From NCBI GenBank assembly GCA_004764695.1, contig SMSO01000014.1:6934029-6998028 (forward strand): a DNA stretch of 64,000 bases, written 5' to 3'. This document shows, piece after piece, positions 59,166 through 64,000 of this stretch. The DNA comes from Schizochytrium sp. TIO01 (Eukaryota; Protista; Bigyra: Labyrinthulomycetes). Below the pieces are notes generated by a model that worked only from the letters and a program-made list of their open reading frames with translations, was not told where the DNA came from and ran no database searches. The translations under genes were made by a program, and so were the position numbers. Position 1 is the stretch's first letter, and each line of letters begins with the position of its first letter.

Positions 59166-59678
59166 TTATTTGACATTCCACATTGACATGAAGACCTGAA
59201 TTTGGCCCATGTCTGCAGAAGAGGAATTAGTATGAGAGCTTTCCATAGTACTTTGATCTGAGGAGTGTTCATCACGAAGATCATGACTCGAGTTTTTAAA
59301 GTTTTGGCCACGTTTATTATTTTTACCTAAACCCCCCAATTTTTTTCCTTGTGTCGGGTCAAAACGTTTGCTAGCACCTCTACGTTCTCGACGAACTTTT
59401 CCACAAGATCTGGTGTCAACTTCATCTTGCGCTTCCACGAGTGCTCCTGCGACCAGAAGGGCTTTTGAGGTCGCAAAGTTTTTGGGCAGATGCCCAGGCT
59501 GCAGGAACAAAGGGCATAACTCCTCGTCATCATCTCCCTCGTCTTCCTCTTCTTCGTGTTGTGCTGCTCCCACCGCTGCTGGTGCTACTGCTGCTTGCTG
59601 GCCTCTCCCCGAGGAACTCTTCATAGCTTGTTCTTCTCCCAATTCATGGATCGCTGTTGTGCTCTCCATAGGCTCCAT
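59166..59678 (-). CDS. Small protein with a Cns1/TTC4 N-terminal-like motif
   Basis: 170-aa ATG ORF: acidic tract, CPLFLQPGHLPKNFATSKALLVAGALV, a basic linker and an amphipathic C-terminus GQIQVFMSMWNVK. Confidence 0.7.
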   Translation of the reverse strand: MEPMESTTAIHELGEEQAMKSSSGRGQQAAVAPAAVGAAQHEEEEDEGDDDEELCPLFLQPGHLPKNFATSKALLVAGALVEAQDEVDTRSCGKVRRERRGASKRFDPTQGKKLGGLGKNNKRGQNFKNSSHDLRDEHSSDQSTMESSHTNSSSADMGQIQVFMSMWNVK

Positions 59679-61890
59679 AGTTGCGTTGAACTCTGTGACT
59701 TGAGCAACTTTCCTTCCTTATTTGCTAAGTTGCTGCGCAGAGATTCAGAGAAGATATCTAAGCCTGTGACCTCCAGCTCTTTTATCCTTGGACCTCGATT
59801 CGTGACTAGTTTTTTGTTCGAACAGGGTACTTTGGGCTTAAGCTGGGCTGATGGATGATATTTCAATTTTAAAAAACAAAACAACTAACTACCGTGCCTA
59901 TGGTGGTAAAAGGTAGGAGGCACTCTTACGAAAACACTTCGAGAACCCTGAGTCGGTCTCCCTCGTATCTTTCACCTATAGGTACAACAAGCCAAAATAC
60001 TTCTGACTCGTCAAATGAACTTGAGGGACGCAGTTTTCTCTCTGCAAGGAACCAGAATCGAGCATGGTAGTACTATAATTCAATTTATTGAAAAGAGAGC
60101 CCCAGAACCCTGCTATTGCCAGTTACTTACTTGGTCAAGCGTTCATTCATTGAATAAAATTAAATGGAAATTCTAGCTACGTACGGGCTTGGATGCAGCA
60201 GCATGAATCGCAAGAAGCTGTTTCTCTTCCACTTCTAAGAAGATTCAATCAAATCAAGTGAAAATGTGATTGCAAAGTTAGAATTAGACGCTTGAAAGCG
60301 GGCGAATTAAGATGCAACCTACTGTTGTGTTATTTTATAAACTCATTTGTAAAATAAAATAAAAAATGTGGGGAAAAGGGCTAAGTATCTCATCACTGCC
60401 CAAAGGGAAGTACACCTCATCGTTGAAGTACACCTCACCGTTCAACGATGGAGCTATGCCCGCTAATTACTGATAGTAAGCTGTGTACTAAACTCTTAGC
60501 ATGCACATAGAAATTACTTTCTCTATTTCCTTGACAACCTTTTTGTTCCAAAACAAATAACGTAGTCACTCGACCAGTGCTTCAACCTTTCCTATTTTAT
60601 ATAGATACTCGGGCGGTGATGAAGAAACATATTGGAAGTGGAGGAAGATGCGAGAGTTGTTTTTTTGTCCAGGCAATGCAACGGATCGTTCATTAGGCCT
60701 AGCTAACTTTATATATATGTATATATATATATTTTTATTTTATTTTTTTTGGATAAAATGTAGTCAACGCCTTTTGATGATAAAGAATCATTAAATATTC
60801 TTCTTGCCCAAGAGCTAGGCATACTACGCACGGTGTCCATAAACGCCCGTTTTTACTTCTGACGATCTCGATAAAGATCATGCTGACCTTCCCCCACTGT
60901 TTACCCTCACTTGACATTCGCCTTAGTAGGTTACCAGATATCTATTTATTTGGTTTACGTTAGGTTAGTCTTTGAACTTCGGCGGGTATGCCTATCCGCA
61001 ATAATAGTGTTTCAGACTCTTTGTTACGAGAATGAGAGAGGCTGGTTCAAAAAAGCTAAAGAAACATTCTTTCTTCAAGATGGCAGTGCTTGAGTCGTTA
61101 CGTGTTTGAGTTAACTATCTTATGTCTATGGATGTCTATGGATGTTGTTGACTCTTGATTCCTGGATAGGGGAAATGCTAGCTATGATTTGATGTTCTAG
61201 CTTGAGCTATTAAACAACCTCTGTCAGAATTAGCGAGTGTGCCGAAGAGCTGAAGGTCAGATTAAGGACATCCTCGTTTCAAGCAAGCAAGAGCAAAGCA
61301 AGTGGTGGCTAGCGTTTTAACTTGAGTTATAACATGGTACCTGTCTAGCTTGGAACTATAAGAGCGTTCGCACAAGAACTGAGATTTGCTAGTAGGACCC
61401 ACCTAGCTAGAGGTAGGAAGGTATCATCATAATTTGAGGCATTCTCAGGCTATCCCTTGAGATTCTCTTGCTTTGCGTGGATGAAATCCAAGCTCACGTT
61501 CAAGCTAAACAGTATTGAAATAGACTCGAGTCTCAGGCTTTGCTTAGGCACTAAATCGAGTAAGTTTGCTCAACTATCGCAAAACTTCAAGTTGTTTATT
61601 CAGTGTTTGAAGAATTGAAATATCCTGGGTAGTAAGTAGTACCTAGTAGGCGATTGGTATTGAGGGACCTAGGGACTCAGTAGGCATACTTTTATAGGAA
61701 AAAGTCTTGCTTTCAAGTAAGCAGAGTGTGTACATAGTGCCTCTAGAGGCAGTTGTTGCAGCACTAGTGGAAAAACGACATAGGTTAGAGAGTGCTTTTA
61801 ACTGGTCAGTTGGGCAGTAGCCAGTGCTACCAAGGTACCGAAAGTGGAGAGAAAGAGAAAATAGGCACCTACTACTATACCACCTACTAG

Positions 61891-61891
<1 letters not shown>

Positions 61892-61975
<84 letters not shown>

Positions 61976-62090
61976 TATTATTTTATTATTATTATTATAT
62001 TATTATTATTATATTATTATTATTATTATTATTTATTATTATTATTATTATTTATTATTATATATTTATTATTATATATTATTATTATTA

Positions 62091-62188
<98 letters not shown>
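61892..62188. repeat. Imperfect (TTA)n array followed by (GTA)n
   Basis: Read directly. Confidence 0.95.
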
Positions 62189-62316
62189 ATACCTACCATA
62201 ATACTTTTTAAAGTCGGTAAGAAAGCTCTATTGCTAAATAGCCATGGAATTGGTATCGCTTTACTAAGTCGAAAGAAGAAAGAAGAAAGAAGGAAGGAGG
62301 GAGAATAAGCGCAAGG

Positions 62317-62361
62317 AGGAGTACGAGAAGGAGTACGAGAAGGAGTACGAGAAGGAGTACG
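62317..62361. repeat. 12-bp tandem repeat (AGGAGTACGAGA) x~3.7 in the PP2C leader
   Basis: Read directly; about 75 nt upstream of the ATG at 62435. Confidence 0.88.
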
Positions 62362-62434
62362 GCAACGAGTGTGTGCGTGCTTCAACGCAAGCAGATAGGA
62401 AAAGAAGACAAGCAGACCAGGGAAGAAGGCAGCC

Positions 62435-63679
62435 ATGGGGGGAAGATCCAGCACAGCGTCGAAGGGCGCTGACGGAGCTGAGAAGAACGGTTCGTCACGC
62501 GAGGCGCAGAACTTGGCACTCAGCAAGCCTTGGGAAGAGGTGATGAAGAATGGTCTCGGTGTAACAAAGAAGAAAGGCTCTTCTTATTTCGATGTTCATG
62601 AAGCACTCTCGGATGATAGTGATATGTCATCGGAAAGTATAAAGCCATCAGAGCCAACACGTGTATATTTTGCATGCACTGTGCAAGGATTCCGCAAAGA
62701 TCAGGACCGCTTCGTTTGCATTCCCCAACTACTCGATTCACCTTCTGTTCTCTTTTGTGGCATCTTCGATGGCCATGGTCGTGATGGCGATATCGTTGCT
62801 GAGTCTGTTGCAGTGTTCCTTCCTCAGACTCTTCGTGAGGAACTGGGCAAGAGAATCCAAACCTCGAGCTCTACCTCTGGAAACACTTCGCGCTCTCAAT
62901 CAATTAGTACTAAATCTGTGCACGAAGCTATTGAGACTGCCTTTGAGATCACGCAAAAGTCTCTTGATTCGCAGTATGAAGAGGAGGTTGTAATACCGAC
63001 CATGAAGCTGAAAAAGGAAATCGAAGAACAGCAGAAAACAGACCTTGGTCGCGTGTCGTTGCCGCTTGGGAGTGGCACAACAGCTACCATCATGCTCATT
63101 TCAGAGAGACTTTTGTATGTAGCGAATGTTGGCGATTCGCGTGCCATCCTCTGCCGCAAACACCCCTCTAACGCCGACCAGCTGGTGGTAGAAGACCTAA
63201 CTAAAGATCAGAATGTCATTGCATCAGATGATGCTGAGAAAGAGCGAATTGAAGATGCTGGAGGAACAATTTTCAACCGCCATGTCGCAGGAGACTTTGT
63301 CGATGGCATGCTTCAACTGACACGTTCACTTGGTGATGTTCCTCTGCACCGTCAAAATATTGTCTTGCACAAACCAGAAATTAAATCGATTCCTGTCGAT
63401 GCTAGCATGATGTTTGTGTTAACAGCCTCAGACGGTTTGTGGGACAACTTTACCTCCGAAGATGCAGCTAAATTTGTAAAGGAAAGCGTTGTCAAACATA
63501 CATCAGGCGCAGAAAACTCTCTGGAGAGTGAAACCTTGCGAGACATCTTTACCACAGTATCTGAGGAACTCGAAAACGAAGCGGCGGCTCGTGCTTCTAA
63601 AGCCGGAAGGCAGTCAGATGACATTTCGGTGTTCATCTTAAGTGTTTCTCGTTGGTGGGGCGAAGCAAATCAGTCATAA
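62435..63679 (+). CDS. PP2C/PPM-family protein phosphatase, likely N-myristoylated
   Basis: GFRKDQD, FCGIFDGHG, GSGTTA, LYVANVGDSRA, LTRSLGD, ASDGLWD and DDISV motifs; starts MGGRSS. Confidence 0.95.
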   Translation: MGGRSSTASKGADGAEKNGSSREAQNLALSKPWEEVMKNGLGVTKKKGSSYFDVHEALSDDSDMSSESIKPSEPTRVYFACTVQGFRKDQDRFVCIPQLLDSPSVLFCGIFDGHGRDGDIVAESVAVFLPQTLREELGKRIQTSSSTSGNTSRSQSISTKSVHEAIETAFEITQKSLDSQYEEEVVIPTMKLKKEIEEQQKTDLGRVSLPLGSGTTATIMLISERLLYVANVGDSRAILCRKHPSNADQLVVEDLTKDQNVIASDDAEKERIEDAGGTIFNRHVAGDFVDGMLQLTRSLGDVPLHRQNIVLHKPEIKSIPVDASMMFVLTASDGLWDNFTSEDAAKFVKESVVKHTSGAENSLESETLRDIFTTVSEELENEAAARASKAGRQSDDISVFILSVSRWWGEANQS

Positions 63680-63688
63680 GCACATCGG

Positions 63689-63864
63689 TTATTTGGATGT
63701 TATTAAAGCAGTCTCTTCAATTTCAAGATCCTTTTTACCAAATCCCAGCTCGCGAAGTGTATCGACAAATTCTGCGGTATAAGTAGAAGTGCTTGTTGGT
63801 GTTTTGTGGGATTCTTGACCGATGCTTTTGTCTTGAATAATGCAGTGTAATTTCATTTGTGTAT
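63689..63864 (-). CDS. Probable terminal coding exon of a gene lying beyond the right edge
   Basis: On the minus strand a T-rich tract ends TTGTGTTAG (acceptor at 63865), followed by protein-like sequence ...YTAEFVDTLRELGFGKKDLEIEETALITSK*. Confidence 0.45.
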
Positions 63865-64000
63865 CTAACACAAGATTGAACAAAATTGAAAAACCTAAAT
63901 AAAACTTTACACAAAACATATATATTCTTGAAAATGTATGGTAAAAGATACTACAGAGTATCGCACTCATATTTGACCTGAATTAATTTTATGTTCAACA

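Overview
Eukaryotic nuclear DNA with intron-poor genes separated by AT-rich, microsatellite-rich spacers and long 5' leaders. Gene style and content suggest a flagellated stramenopile protist, most like a thraustochytrid (inference only). About 18 protein-coding loci: a partial hypothetical gene running off the left edge (missed by the ORF track), RPL28, BBS1, a PPP-family Ser/Thr phosphatase split across two frames, folylpolyglutamate synthase, a large TM/AsmA-like/C2/PH protein, two small N-acylation candidates, a WW protein, an adrenodoxin-type ferredoxin, a BBS10-like chaperonin, a twin-CX9C microprotein, two paralogous 7TM proteins, a SulP/SLC26 transporter, a small protein with a Cns1/TTC4-like motif, a PP2C and a probable terminal exon at the right edge. 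No rRNA, tRNA, CRISPR array or recognisable transposon was found. Best leads: (1) the CX9C microprotein ends only 39 nt before the BBS10-like ATG, a candidate bicistronic/uORF unit; (2) the phosphatase changes frame at or near ATT-TGA-A, either an RF2/antizyme-like +1 shift site or an assembly indel; (3) a split AsmA-like lipid-transfer domain combined with C2 and PH domains; (4) a ~300-nt GC-rich, highly pairable segment at 35.1-35.4 kb. All family calls come from motif recognition by eye; no database searches were run.
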